A DNA stretch of 64,000 nucleotides from an uncultured Bacteroidales bacterium (GTDB lineage: Bacteria; Bacteroidota; Bacteroidia; Bacteroidales; CAIXZF01). The notes below the pieces were generated by a model. It ran no database searches. It was not told the DNA's origin and worked only from the letters and a program-made list of their open reading frames with translations. The stretch is taken from contig CAZSDK010000006.1 of the NCBI GenBank assembly GCA_964605655.1, forward strand, positions 7,341 to 71,340, read 5' to 3'. The position numbers and the translations under genes are program-made. Positions 26,895 to 37,003 of this stretch are shown here, piece by piece (within the stretch, counting starts at the first letter, position 1; every line of letters starts with the position of its first letter).

Positions 26895-28154
26895 GTGACA
26901 GAACCTAAGCGGCTATTTAAAAATATCGACTGGACCACCGTTATCATTTATACGGTGCTGGTTATCATCGGGTGGCTGAACATCTATGCAGCTGTATACA
27001 ACGAGCAGCATGGCAGTATCCTCGATTTCAGCCAAAGATACGGTAAACAGCTTGTTTGGATCCTCACCTCCTTTTTGTTGGCCGTCATCTTGCTGATGAC
27101 CGACACCAAAGTCTTTCCGGCCTTCTCATTTGTCTTTTTCGGAATCAGTATCCTGTCGTTGCTGGCTGTCCTTCTGGTGGGAAAGGAAGTCTCAGGTTCC
27201 AAGTCATGGATCGACCTGGGTGGATTCGACCTGCAGCCATCGGAGTTTGCGAAGATCGCCGTCAACCTTGCCGTTGCCCGCTACCTCAGCTCTCTCAACA
27301 TCAGGATGGAGGACCTGAGGACCAAGGTGATCACCTTCACCCTCATCGGGATACCGGCTATCCTCATTTTGTTACAGGACGACACGGGATCTGCCCTGGT
27401 ATTTTCTGCCTTCATTTTTGTGCTGTACAGAGAAGGCCTTTCTGGAAATGTGCTGATCATAGGTGCGCTCATCATTGTTTTGTTCATCATTTCCCTGATG
27501 GTTAATAAATGGATCATCATCGGTTTCCTGGCATTGATTGCCCTCATCTGGTTTGTCCAGATCAAAAAGAACATGAAGGATATAGCCTCGCTGGTAGGCT
27601 TGTTCCTGCTGATATCCGGCTTTGTCTTTTCCGTCGATTATGCCTTTCACAAAATGCTTGAAGAGCATCAGAAACAGAGGATTAATGTTCTTATCGGCAA
27701 GGAGGTCGATTTGAAAGGGGCCGGGTACAACGTGAATCAATCCAAGATCGCCATAGGTTCAGGACGGTTTGTTGGAAAAGGATTTCTTCAGGGGACACAG
27801 ACCAAATACAATTTTGTTCCGGAACAGAGTACCGATTTCATTTTCTGCACCGTAGGTGAAGAATGGGGTTTCCTGGGCTCGGTCGTCGTGATAGGGCTTT
27901 TTATCTGGCTCCTGATACGCATTGTGGAGGCGGCGGAGCGACAACGCTCGGGCTTTGCCAGGATCTACGGTTATGGCGTGGCCTCCATCCTCTTCATTCA
28001 TTTCCTGATCAATATAGGGATGACTATCGGACTGGCCCCGGTCATCGGCATACCGCTGCCTTTTATCAGCTATGGTGGATCTTCCCTGTTTGCCTTCACC
28101 ATCCTTTTATTCATCTTTATCAGGATGGACGCAAACCGTCTGCAGCTGGTTTAA
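26895..28154 (+). CDS. rodA: Rod shape-determining protein RodA (SEDS family)
   Basis: Polytopic. SEDS motifs (DLQPSEFAK, TDFIFCTVGEEWGF, GIPLPFISYGGSS). Directly follows mrdA. Confidence 0.9.
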   Translation: MTEPKRLFKNIDWTTVIIYTVLVIIGWLNIYAAVYNEQHGSILDFSQRYGKQLVWILTSFLLAVILLMTDTKVFPAFSFVFFGISILSLLAVLLVGKEVSGSKSWIDLGGFDLQPSEFAKIAVNLAVARYLSSLNIRMEDLRTKVITFTLIGIPAILILLQDDTGSALVFSAFIFVLYREGLSGNVLIIGALIIVLFIISLMVNKWIIIGFLALIALIWFVQIKKNMKDIASLVGLFLLISGFVFSVDYAFHKMLEEHQKQRINVLIGKEVDLKGAGYNVNQSKIAIGSGRFVGKGFLQGTQTKYNFVPEQSTDFIFCTVGEEWGFLGSVVVIGLFIWLLIRIVEAAERQRSGFARIYGYGVASILFIHFLINIGMTIGLAPVIGIPLPFISYGGSSLFAFTILLFIFIRMDANRLQLV

Positions 28155-28192
28155 GCCGGCAGCAGAAAAAGGGAAAAGAAAAAAGTTAAATC

Positions 28193-30325
28193 CTAATAAA
28201 AGCGCACCCTGTTGTCTTCGATGTCACTCAGCTTTTCGAGGGCTTTGTAAGCATCCATCTGTGCCCTGTTGCCGAACATCATCAGTGCCTGCTGTGAGAC
28301 CATCTTCATGTCGGTGACCGGAGGCGCTTCGTGGATGCTGTCGAGCTGCACCATGTACACAGCCTGTTCACCTCTCAAAGGACCCACAACAGCACTGGGT
28401 TTCAGGGTAACGACTTTACCTACCAGTTCCGGCTCCGGACCGAATTTCATCAGGTTGGGGGAATAAAAGATAAGTCCTTTTATGGTATCAACCTGGGTAT
28501 TCATTTTGGCAGCCAGCTGGTACAGGTCTTTGGTGCCGGCACTATTCATCTGTGCCATCAGCTTTTCAGACTTTTTAATGTTCTTGACCTGACCTTCAAT
28601 CTGTTTCTTCACCAGGTCAAGGGGAAGGAGTCCTTTGGGCCTGATCTCCTTCAGCACAGCCACCACATAACTGCCTTTAACTTCAAACACTGTACTAACG
28701 GTACCTTTTTCTGTTTCTTTCGTGAAAGCCCATTGAACGATCCTCCTGGAGTTGGTGAGTCCGGGAAGGGAAGCATCCATGGCCCTGAGGCCGTCGGCTG
28801 ACTTTTTGTTAAACCCTTTGCTGGTAACCGTTTTGTTGAAAGCATCGAGCGTGGTGTTCTCGCCGGCAAACGCGGTGGACTTGTTGTAGATCTCCTGGAT
28901 GGTCTGTGAGCTGGGTTCTATCCTGCGGTCCACGATGGCCACGCGGAGTTTCTTCTGGGGAACGGTCTTACCGGTAACATGGATCACATGGTAACCAAAG
29001 ACCGTCTCCACCACCTTGAAATCGTTCACATTAGCTTCAAGACAAGCTTGATTGAAAGGCCACACCATGGCACCGTCGACAAACCAGTCCAGCTCACCCC
29101 CTTTGTTTTTGTTGCTTCCGTCATCACTCATTTTCATGGCGATCGGTGGAAACTGGTTCATGTCTTTCTGGACCACGGCCAGGATGGAGTCGGCAATCTG
29201 TTTGGCTTTTTCTTTGGTCCGTGTGATCTTGTTATCATTAACGGCTGATCCTTTGAAAGCAATCAGGATATGACTGGCTTTCATGGAGTCAGGCCTCATC
29301 TGGACATCCAGCAGTTTGGCCATGTACCATTTTTCATTGTCGACAAAAGGAGGAACGATGGTTCCAACGGGAGCGTTGAACAGGAAGGTGTCCAGACGAA
29401 GCATCAGCTTGTTTTTCCCAAACCAGGTGCTGTCGTAACGAGTATCAGAATTTCCGTCGTTGACAAATTTGGGAACATCGGTGGCAGTTTGAAAATCGCG
29501 GTAGATCGAATCCACATCTGCAGCGATCTTCTGCTGGTCGGTGGCAGAAGGTACCAGGTCGAACGATACATAGTCAATATCCCTGGTCTCCTCAGGCTGA
29601 TCAAACATATATTTATGTTCATTATAGTATTTCTGATAGTCGGCATCCGTCACCGTGATGGTCTTGTCGTCGATATTCTGGTATCGGCCTGCCACCAGCC
29701 TGAGATCGAATTTTCTATTCTTTTCCTGGTAGTCGTTCATCAGGAAGGCCTTGGGAAGATAGTATCCCTTACCCAGAAGGTTGTTGAACTTGGTTTGAAG
29801 ACGGTCATCCTTGATCGCCTTTTCCAGAATCAGCCAGTTGTTCTTTTGTTTGGGTTCCATCTGGTCCAGCTGCTTCAGGAAGTTGATGACCAGCTGGGGG
29901 TTGTACTGGTTGGTATTGGGGTCTTTGAAATATTGCAGGATGTACTGGTGCGGATTTTTCCCCTGGACCAGATCAAAAAGCTCGTCGGGAGAAACTGTAA
30001 TCCCAAGATCATTATATTCTTCACCCAGGATCATCTCCTTGGTCATCTGCGTCCAGGTCATCTGCTTAGCCTGATAGTCTTCCTCCTCGGTAAGATTATC
30101 CTTTTTAGACCTTTCCTTGATGTTCTCGATCTGTTCGCTCACTTTTTTATCGAAATCGATATAGGAGATTTTCCTTCCGTTGATTTCTCCGATATTGGTA
30201 TCCGGACGCTGGTTGAACCAACCGAAATCACTTTTGCTCATTCCCACGATAAAGGCCAGAAGAGCGATACCAATGATGGTCACTAACAGTCCTGAGTGCT
30301 TGCGAATTCTTCCAATTACCGCCAT
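28193..30325 (-). CDS. Membrane-anchored periplasmic chaperone / peptidyl-prolyl isomerase, PpiD-like
   Basis: N-terminal MAVIGRIRKHSGLLVTIIGIALLAFIV anchor typical of PpiD. Parvulin-like ASHILIAFKGS...GGELDWF...GYHVIHV. Confidence 0.8.
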   Translation of the reverse strand: MAVIGRIRKHSGLLVTIIGIALLAFIVGMSKSDFGWFNQRPDTNIGEINGRKISYIDFDKKVSEQIENIKERSKKDNLTEEEDYQAKQMTWTQMTKEMILGEEYNDLGITVSPDELFDLVQGKNPHQYILQYFKDPNTNQYNPQLVINFLKQLDQMEPKQKNNWLILEKAIKDDRLQTKFNNLLGKGYYLPKAFLMNDYQEKNRKFDLRLVAGRYQNIDDKTITVTDADYQKYYNEHKYMFDQPEETRDIDYVSFDLVPSATDQQKIAADVDSIYRDFQTATDVPKFVNDGNSDTRYDSTWFGKNKLMLRLDTFLFNAPVGTIVPPFVDNEKWYMAKLLDVQMRPDSMKASHILIAFKGSAVNDNKITRTKEKAKQIADSILAVVQKDMNQFPPIAMKMSDDGSNKNKGGELDWFVDGAMVWPFNQACLEANVNDFKVVETVFGYHVIHVTGKTVPQKKLRVAIVDRRIEPSSQTIQEIYNKSTAFAGENTTLDAFNKTVTSKGFNKKSADGLRAMDASLPGLTNSRRIVQWAFTKETEKGTVSTVFEVKGSYVVAVLKEIRPKGLLPLDLVKKQIEGQVKNIKKSEKLMAQMNSAGTKDLYQLAAKMNTQVDTIKGLIFYSPNLMKFGPEPELVGKVVTLKPSAVVGPLRGEQAVYMVQLDSIHEAPPVTDMKMVSQQALMMFGNRAQMDAYKALEKLSDIEDNRVRFY

Positions 30326-30363
30326 AATTACGTATAGTTTTGTCTGTTTTTATAAAAGGGCTG

Positions 30364-30371
30364 CAAATTTA
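30364..30371 (-). promoter_or_regulatory. Candidate -7 box (TAAATTTG on the minus strand) for the PpiD-like gene
   Basis: Exact TAnnTTTG, 38 nt upstream of the ATG at 30325. Confidence 0.4.
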
Positions 30372-30401
30372 GAGCTTATTTTCGATATTAACAAATCGCC
30401 T

Positions 30402-30409
30402 TACCTTTG
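30402..30409 (+). promoter_or_regulatory. Candidate -7 box (TACCTTTG) for udk
   Basis: Exact TAnnTTTG, 23 nt upstream of the ATG at 30433. Confidence 0.45.
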
Positions 30410-30432
30410 TTCATTCTTAAAATGATAAGCTA

Positions 30433-31050
30433 ATGATCATCGGTATTGCCGGAGGTTCCGGATCAGGTAAATCGACAGTGGTAAATAAGATCATTCAGAA
30501 ACTGCCAAAAGACACGGTGACCGTGATTCCCCAGGACGCCTATTACAAGGATAACGGGTCGCTCAGCGCAGAAGAAAGAGCCAGGATCAACTTCGACCAT
30601 CCTTCTTCCATTGAGTTCTCTTTGCTCGATAAGCACCTGGGCCTGCTTAAAAAAGGAGAACCCATACAGATGCCTATCTATTCCTACCTCACCTGTGCCC
30701 GTGCCAAAGAAACCATCACGGTGATACCCCGCAGCGTGATCCTGGTGGAAGGCATCCTCATCTTCACCAATCCCAGGGTAAGAAACAAGATGACCATCAA
30801 GGCCTTCGTGGATGCAGATGCCGACGACCGCCTGATCAGGATCATTAAAAGAGATATTATTGAAAGAGGAAGATCTTATCTCCAGGTGCTCGATCACTAC
30901 GAGTCTTATGTCAAACCCATGCACCTGCAGTTCATTGAGCCAACCAAGAGATATGCCGATATCATCATCCCCCAGGGTGGGACCAATGAGGTGGCCATCG
31001 ACATCCTGGCCTCAAGGATTTGGCACAAACTGAACTCTGAAAAAGTCTGA
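30433..31050 (+). CDS. udk: Uridine kinase
   Basis: P-loop IIGIAGGSGSGKST and family-typical length. Confidence 0.9.
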   Translation: MIIGIAGGSGSGKSTVVNKIIQKLPKDTVTVIPQDAYYKDNGSLSAEERARINFDHPSSIEFSLLDKHLGLLKKGEPIQMPIYSYLTCARAKETITVIPRSVILVEGILIFTNPRVRNKMTIKAFVDADADDRLIRIIKRDIIERGRSYLQVLDHYESYVKPMHLQFIEPTKRYADIIIPQGGTNEVAIDILASRIWHKLNSEKV

Positions 31051-31056
31051 GCCCCC

Positions 31057-31710
31057 ATGGTTTTTCTTCTCACTGAAGATCATGTCTTTCCCGATCCGAA
31101 GCTCGCCGAAGAGGACGGCCTACTCGCTGTGGGAGGGGACTTGTCGGCTGAGCGCATACTTCTAGCCTACCGGCAGGGTATCTTTCCCTGGTTTTCAGGG
31201 GAGGAACCGATTTTATGGTGGTCTCCCGATCCTCGCCTGATCCTCTTTCCGGAAAAGCTCAGGATATCCAAAAGCCTGCAACAGACTCTCCGGTCAGGTA
31301 AGTTCAGAATTTCTTTCGACGCCTGCTTCGACCAGGTGATCGCTCAATGCGCTCATACTGAAAGAAAGGAACAGTCCGGCACCTGGATCAGCAAAGGGAT
31401 GAAAAATGCCTACCAGCATCTCCATGAACTGGGCCATGCCCATTCGGTGGAGGCATGGTACGGAACGGTGCTTGTGGGAGGTTTGTACGGATTATCAATC
31501 GGGAAGGTATTCTTCGGGGAATCCATGTTTCACAAGTTGCGCGATGCTTCCAAGGTATGCCTTGTTGCCCTGGTGGAAAAACTCCTCAGAGATTCCTTCA
31601 CGCTCATCGATTGTCAGGTGACTACCATGCATCTTGTAAGCATGGGCGCCCAAGAAATCAGCAGGGAACAGTATCTGTCCCTGCTGAAAGAAGGCATTCA
31701 GAAATACTAA
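31057..31710 (+). CDS. aat: Leucyl/phenylalanyl-tRNA--protein transferase
   Basis: LLAYRQGIFPWF and ILWWSPDPR motifs typical of Aat. Confidence 0.85.
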   Translation: MVFLLTEDHVFPDPKLAEEDGLLAVGGDLSAERILLAYRQGIFPWFSGEEPILWWSPDPRLILFPEKLRISKSLQQTLRSGKFRISFDACFDQVIAQCAHTERKEQSGTWISKGMKNAYQHLHELGHAHSVEAWYGTVLVGGLYGLSIGKVFFGESMFHKLRDASKVCLVALVEKLLRDSFTLIDCQVTTMHLVSMGAQEISREQYLSLLKEGIQKY

Positions 31711-31724
31711 ACACAAACCCCGCG

Positions 31725-32009
31725 TTACATCTCCATCCGCCTCGGCTTCTTGCAGACACGCTTCAGCGGCTTGTACTTATCGCAGCATCTCGGATTTGGC
31801 ATGTACTGAGACTTGTCTATATTGATATTCTCCTTATCCAGGACCGGAGGCCAGGCCCACGGGTTTATGGTGGTGAGCATTATGTTGACGATCATGGTGG
31901 TCTTGCTGGGGATCCTGTCTTTTTTAACGGTACCTTGTGCGAAAATACCGGTGGAAGAGCCCAGAAGCAGGGCGACTGTGACTGCTCCAACTAACATCAT
32001 CTTTTTCAT
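31725..32009 (-). CDS. Small secreted Cys-containing basic protein, hypothetical
   Basis: Clear signal peptide MKKMMLVGAVTVALLLGSSTGIFAQ. Basic C-terminus RCCDKYKPLKRVCKKPRR. No family recognised. Confidence 0.4.
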   Translation of the reverse strand: MKKMMLVGAVTVALLLGSSTGIFAQGTVKKDRIPSKTTMIVNIMLTTINPWAWPPVLDKENINIDKSQYMPNPRCCDKYKPLKRVCKKPRRMEM

Positions 32010-32235
32010 AGGTCACTTGTATTAAGATCAGAGACCTTTATGATCAGGCTGGACTTCATCCTTTGTCCTGTTTTTCCTGATTTTTTCATGGCTCTGAAGG
32101 GTTGGTGAATAACTCGTGTTTCAATTCACGGATAAAAATACACCCACCACATACCCTTATGCAAATGGAATCGATCTGATGCTCAATACCGTAGATTAGG
32201 ACCTGATTTAACCTTGCCAGGTCATTCGTGTGGAA

Positions 32236-32259
32236 ATTTTGCCGTTTTAACGGCAAAAT
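32236..32259 (-). terminator. Near-perfect 24-nt palindrome (attttgccgtt-tt-aacggcaaaat), candidate terminator of the DPP-IV gene
   Basis: 11-nt arms read directly. Lies 57-80 nt downstream of the stop at 32316 on the minus strand. Confidence 0.5.
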
Positions 32260-32315
32260 CATCGTTTATACACTCAATTTTTCCCCTGGACCGGACGGGT
32301 CAGATTGGAGTCTTC

Positions 32316-34475
32316 TTATAAAAAGTCGGAATAATATTGTAACTGCTTCTTCATCAGATGTATACGATCCTTGCCACCCACCCCGTGTTCGTGTTCGGGA
32401 TAAACAAAATAATCGACCTGAACGCCGCTGCTGATACACTTTTTAATGAATTCCAGGGTGTTCTGCCAGACCACCGTGGGATCGATGGTGCCATGGATCA
32501 CCAGCAGTTTTCCTTTCAGGTTGCCCGCCAGGTTCAAAAGACTGGAGCCTGAGTAACCGTCGGGGTTCTCTTGGGGAGTGTCCATATACCTTTCCCCGTA
32601 CATCACCTCATAGAACTTCCAGTCGATGACTGGTCCGCCACAGATACCGACTTTAAAGACACCTGGATTTTTAAGCATCATCGAGATGGTCATGAACCCG
32701 CCATAACTCCAGCCTTCCACGGCCATTCTCGTGGTATCTATATAGGGCAGTGTTTTCAGATAAGCCACACCCCGCATCTGGTCCCTGACCTCCAGGTCGC
32801 CGAGGTGACGGTGGATCACGCTCTCAAATTCAAAGCCCCGGTTGCTGGTGCCGCGGTTGTCGAGGGTAAAGACCACATAACCCTGGGAAGCGAGTACGTT
32901 GAGGTATAAGCTGGCAGCCCCCAGCCAGGTGTTGGTAACCAGCTGTGAATGAGGCCCTCCGTAGACATAGACCACCACGGGATATTTTTTCTTCTCATCA
33001 AACCCGGGAGGAGTGATCATCCGTGCATACAGGGGAATTCCCTCTTCTGTCTTGAGGGTAATCAGGGATGTTTTTCCCAATCGATAGTCTTTCAATGGAT
33101 TAACCCCCTTAAGCAGGGTATCCAGTGCCTTTCCGGCCTTATCACAAATCACATAGTTCAATGGGATATCGAGAGCTCCCGAGACGTCGATAAAGTAGTT
33201 CCCTGACGGATCGACCATGGTGTTGTGGTTCCTGCCCGGGGAACTGAGCAGGCGGATCTTACCATCCTTCAGTTGGACGGCATAGAGTTGTTTTTCCAGC
33301 GGAGTCTCCCGGTTACCCATGAAGAAGGCTATCTTTTCTGCCTCATCAAGACCTAGCAGCCCCGTTACCTCCCAGGGACCCCGGGTGAGTTGACGCACCA
33401 GCTGTCCGCTCAGGTCATAAAGATACAGGTGCAGGTATCCGTCTCTGCGGCTCTGCCAGATAAACTGAGTCGGATGGTTCTTCAGGAAGACCGGGGGGTC
33501 CATGGGTTCCACGTAACGGGCATTGGTTTCCTCGAAAAGGGTCTTGACCAGGTCGCCGGTGGCGGCGTCATACTGGTTCAGCCACAGGTGGTTCTGGGCA
33601 CGATTCAACACGGCGATCATCACGTACTTCTCATCCGGGGTCCAGGCAATGTTAGTCAGGAACTGGTCGGCAGGCTCCCCGGTTTTCAGGTAGAGGGTCT
33701 TACCGCTCTGAAGATCATACACACCCACCGTCACCTGGTGGCTGGCTTCTGCTGCCATGGGATACTTGATGTTTTCCACCTCCGCGATCCTCTTGTCGAC
33801 ATGGATCAGGGGATAGTCGGCCACCATGGTTTCATCCATGCGGTAGAAGGCTAACTTACGGCCCCGGGGTGACCAGAAGGTTCCTTTGCTGATGCCCCAT
33901 TCATTGCGGTGCACCCGCTCCGAACCATAAAGGATGCCTGGATTGGTCTCGCTGCTAAGCGATACCTCCTTACCATCAATAGAAACAAAAAGGTTGTTGT
34001 CTACCGTGTAAGCTACATGCCCGGTACCGGCATCAACATCCAGGTTTTGGGCTTTATCATTCCACTGATTGATCCGCGTCAGGGAGCTCTGGCTGAGATT
34101 ATAGCTCAGCAGTTGGTTACTGGCCGTGAAGGTAAAGGAGACAGCATCCTTCCAGGTGATGGAGGGAAAATTCCTGAGGGTATCTTTGCCCAGGTTACGC
34201 ATGGCCTTGTTCAGGTCCCTGATACGGAGAAGGGTGTCTCTTCTATGGCGAAAGGCGGGAAGGGCCGAAGCCTTAATGAGCTGATTATCGCTCAACCAGC
34301 TGCAGTTGCCTGTACCCTTGACCCACTGTACATTTTGAAGCGTCTTCTGGTTGACCTGACGGTTGTTGAGAACATCGACGGTGAGTTCCTTTTGCTGGGC
34401 ATCAGCCAGGAAAAAGATCGTGGATAAAAGAATGCCGGTAAGGATTCTGGCGGAGTGTTCTGGCCATGTTTTCAT
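32316..34475 (-). CDS. S9B dipeptidyl-peptidase IV family serine peptidase
   Basis: Signal peptide, beta-propeller-length N-terminal region, and catalytic GWSYGG with a downstream prolyl-oligopeptidase-type C-terminal domain. Confidence 0.9.
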   Translation of the reverse strand: MKTWPEHSARILTGILLSTIFFLADAQQKELTVDVLNNRQVNQKTLQNVQWVKGTGNCSWLSDNQLIKASALPAFRHRRDTLLRIRDLNKAMRNLGKDTLRNFPSITWKDAVSFTFTASNQLLSYNLSQSSLTRINQWNDKAQNLDVDAGTGHVAYTVDNNLFVSIDGKEVSLSSETNPGILYGSERVHRNEWGISKGTFWSPRGRKLAFYRMDETMVADYPLIHVDKRIAEVENIKYPMAAEASHQVTVGVYDLQSGKTLYLKTGEPADQFLTNIAWTPDEKYVMIAVLNRAQNHLWLNQYDAATGDLVKTLFEETNARYVEPMDPPVFLKNHPTQFIWQSRRDGYLHLYLYDLSGQLVRQLTRGPWEVTGLLGLDEAEKIAFFMGNRETPLEKQLYAVQLKDGKIRLLSSPGRNHNTMVDPSGNYFIDVSGALDIPLNYVICDKAGKALDTLLKGVNPLKDYRLGKTSLITLKTEEGIPLYARMITPPGFDEKKKYPVVVYVYGGPHSQLVTNTWLGAASLYLNVLASQGYVVFTLDNRGTSNRGFEFESVIHRHLGDLEVRDQMRGVAYLKTLPYIDTTRMAVEGWSYGGFMTISMMLKNPGVFKVGICGGPVIDWKFYEVMYGERYMDTPQENPDGYSGSSLLNLAGNLKGKLLVIHGTIDPTVVWQNTLEFIKKCISSGVQVDYFVYPEHEHGVGGKDRIHLMKKQLQYYSDFL

Positions 34476-34560
34476 TGATGATGCCTTTTAGATTTCGCCC
34501 GCAAAATTGATGATAATAGCAAAACTTTCATACTTTTATCTTTCCAAAACATCAGAACCT

Positions 34561-35208
34561 ATGAAGAAGTTTGCCGTGGTTATTTCAGGATGCGGGGTTT
34601 TTGACGGTGCAGAGATCCATGAGACCGTACTGACCCTGCTGGCCATACACCAGTCGGGATGTGACTATGAGATTTTCGCTCCGGATATAGAACAGTATCA
34701 TGTGATCAATCATCTTACTGGAAAGCCTGCCGAAGAGAAAAGAAACGTACTGGTGGAGTCGGCACGAATTGCCCGGGGGAGGATCCATGGCCTTGCCTCA
34801 CTGGAACCCCGTAATTTTGACGCCCTGGTGATGCCGGGAGGTTTTGGTGCAGCCAAAAACCTTTGCGACTGGGCCTTAAAAGGTCCTGACTGCACCGTCC
34901 TGCCACTGCTGGGGGAGATCATCCGGCAGTTTATCTCCCTGCGTAAACCCATAGGTGCCATGTGCATCGCCCCTGTCATCCTGGGTAAGGTGGCAGGTGA
35001 TGTCCAGATCACCATTGGCTCTGATCCGGTTAACGCCGACAGGGTGAAAAAGATGGGCAGCCGGCATGTTAGCACCGGCCACGGAGAGGTCGTCACCGAC
35101 GATAAGTACCTGCTCTTTACCACGCCGTGTTATATGCTCGATGCCAGCATCAGCGACATTGCCGCCGGCACCTCCAACCTGATCAAAGCGATGTTGAAGG
35201 TCCTCTGA
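34561..35208 (+). CDS. elbB: DJ-1/PfpI-fold glyoxalase ElbB
   Basis: MKKFAVVISGCGVFDGAEIHETV and ALVMPGGFGAAKNL are ElbB hallmarks. Start moved from 34507 to M19. Confidence 0.85.
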   Translation: MKKFAVVISGCGVFDGAEIHETVLTLLAIHQSGCDYEIFAPDIEQYHVINHLTGKPAEEKRNVLVESARIARGRIHGLASLEPRNFDALVMPGGFGAAKNLCDWALKGPDCTVLPLLGEIIRQFISLRKPIGAMCIAPVILGKVAGDVQITIGSDPVNADRVKKMGSRHVSTGHGEVVTDDKYLLFTTPCYMLDASISDIAAGTSNLIKAMLKVL

Positions 35209-35218
35209 CGCTTCCTGT

Positions 35219-36667
35219 CTAGATCATCTTCGTCTTCCACTTTCCCTGGCGGAACCATTGAAGGGCTACCAGGCACAGCAGGCTTTCTGCGATCACGATG
35301 GCATAGAACACCCCTTTTTCGGCCCATTCAATCCTCAGGGCGAGAAGGTAGGCCAACGGCACCTCCACGATCCAGAAGCACAACAGGTTGAATTTGGTAG
35401 GGGTGGCGGTATCTCCCGCACCATTGATGGCGTTCATCAGCACCATCCCCAGTCCGTAAAAGATAAATCCCATGCTGATGATCCTCAGGGCGGTAGCACC
35501 GTTGTCCACGATCGTCCTGTCGGAACTGAAGATCCCGATAAAGATCTCCGGAAAGGCGATGAACACGATGCCGACGGCCCCCAGGAAGATCATGTTCATC
35601 TTTCCGGCGGCCCACACCGATTTCTCAGCCCTGTCGGGTTTGTTCGCGCCGAGGTTCTGACCCACCAGCGTCGAGGCCGCGTTGCTCAGTCCCCAGGAAG
35701 GGAAGAGCACAAACAGCACCACCCTGATGGCGATGGTATACCCGGCCAGCACCTGGCTTCCGAACACCGAGATGATGCGCATCAGCAGTATCCAGCTGGA
35801 GGTGGAGATCAGATTTTGCCCGATGGCCCCCATTGACAGCCTGATCAGCTGACCTATGACCGCCAGGTCGGGGGTGAGATGTCGGCGTTGCAGGCTGATT
35901 CTTCCTCTTCCCCTGGAAAGCAGGTACACCTGGTACAGCACGGCGATGCCTCTGCCCGTAGTGGTGGCTATGGCAGCTCCTTTTACGCCGAAGGCCGGGA
36001 CTGGTCCCCACCCGAAAATGAGCAGAGGGTCCAGCACCAGGTTCACCAGGTTGGCCATCCACAGCACTTTCATGGAAACGGCGGCGTCACCGGCACTGCG
36101 GAAGACCGCGTTGATGGTGAACAGCATCATGATCACCACGTTGCCGCTGATCATGATGGCCGTATAGGCTGACATTTCGTTGATGATACGGTCGTTGGCG
36201 CCCATCAGAGAAAGAAGGATCTTCGGACAACAGATACCGGGAATGGAGATCAGCAGGGAAGCTCCCAGGGCCGTCAGTATAGCCTGGAAAGCCACATGGG
36301 AGGCCTTATCCCTTTCTTTTTCCCCTATCCGCCGGCTGACCAGTGCAGTGGTGGCCGTGCTGATGCCAAAACCGATGGCATACACAATGGTGAGCATCGA
36401 CTCGGTCAGTCCTACGGTGGCAACTGCATCAGCCCCGATGCTGCTCACAAAAAAGATGTCGACCACCGAGAACACCGATTCCATCAACACTTCCAGCACC
36501 ATTGGCACCGACAACAGCCATAAGGCACGGGAAAGCTTCACTTCGGTATAATCGGCCTCACTCCCTGAAAGGGCTTCCTTCAGGTCGCGGTAAAATCCGG
36601 GGATCCTTTGCCGGAACCGGCAAATATTTCGATAAAAAGGGTTGTTATATTGGTTGAGATATTTCAT
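35219..36667 (-). CDS. MATE family efflux transporter
   Basis: 12-TM protein with the MATE-typical N-terminus (LWLLSVPMVLEVLMESVFSVVDIFFVS). Confidence 0.85.
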   Translation of the reverse strand: MKYLNQYNNPFYRNICRFRQRIPGFYRDLKEALSGSEADYTEVKLSRALWLLSVPMVLEVLMESVFSVVDIFFVSSIGADAVATVGLTESMLTIVYAIGFGISTATTALVSRRIGEKERDKASHVAFQAILTALGASLLISIPGICCPKILLSLMGANDRIINEMSAYTAIMISGNVVIMMLFTINAVFRSAGDAAVSMKVLWMANLVNLVLDPLLIFGWGPVPAFGVKGAAIATTTGRGIAVLYQVYLLSRGRGRISLQRRHLTPDLAVIGQLIRLSMGAIGQNLISTSSWILLMRIISVFGSQVLAGYTIAIRVVLFVLFPSWGLSNAASTLVGQNLGANKPDRAEKSVWAAGKMNMIFLGAVGIVFIAFPEIFIGIFSSDRTIVDNGATALRIISMGFIFYGLGMVLMNAINGAGDTATPTKFNLLCFWIVEVPLAYLLALRIEWAEKGVFYAIVIAESLLCLVALQWFRQGKWKTKMI

Positions 36668-37003
36668 GTCGTCTTCGCTTGAGGGTGTAACTTTTCTGAC
36701 CGGAGTAAGGGCGGGATTCGTTCAGGGTGCGGATGACCCTGGCGGTAAGAAAACTAGGGCTGGGGTTTACGAAGATGGTTTTCATGATAATTCGTTTTAA
36801 GGTTCAACAATGATGGATTCCTCCGGCGACTGCCGCAGGTACATGTTGTTGATTGAATGGGGATTGCGGATCAGTCTCCGGGTGGAGCTATTCTGTGGGG
36901 GTAAAATTAATGACTACAAGAGTTGCCATAAGTCTGTCCGCTTTGACGGGGTAAAGATATAACGAAAAACAGGATATTATCGAAACGATAATGTTAAAAA
37001 ATC

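Noticed and set aside
36750-36800. ctagggctgggg, reminiscent of the start of a ykkC/guanidine riboswitch, near the MATE pump
   Set aside because: It is on the strand opposite the MATE gene, no plus-strand gene follows it, and the other conserved riboswitch segments are not visible.
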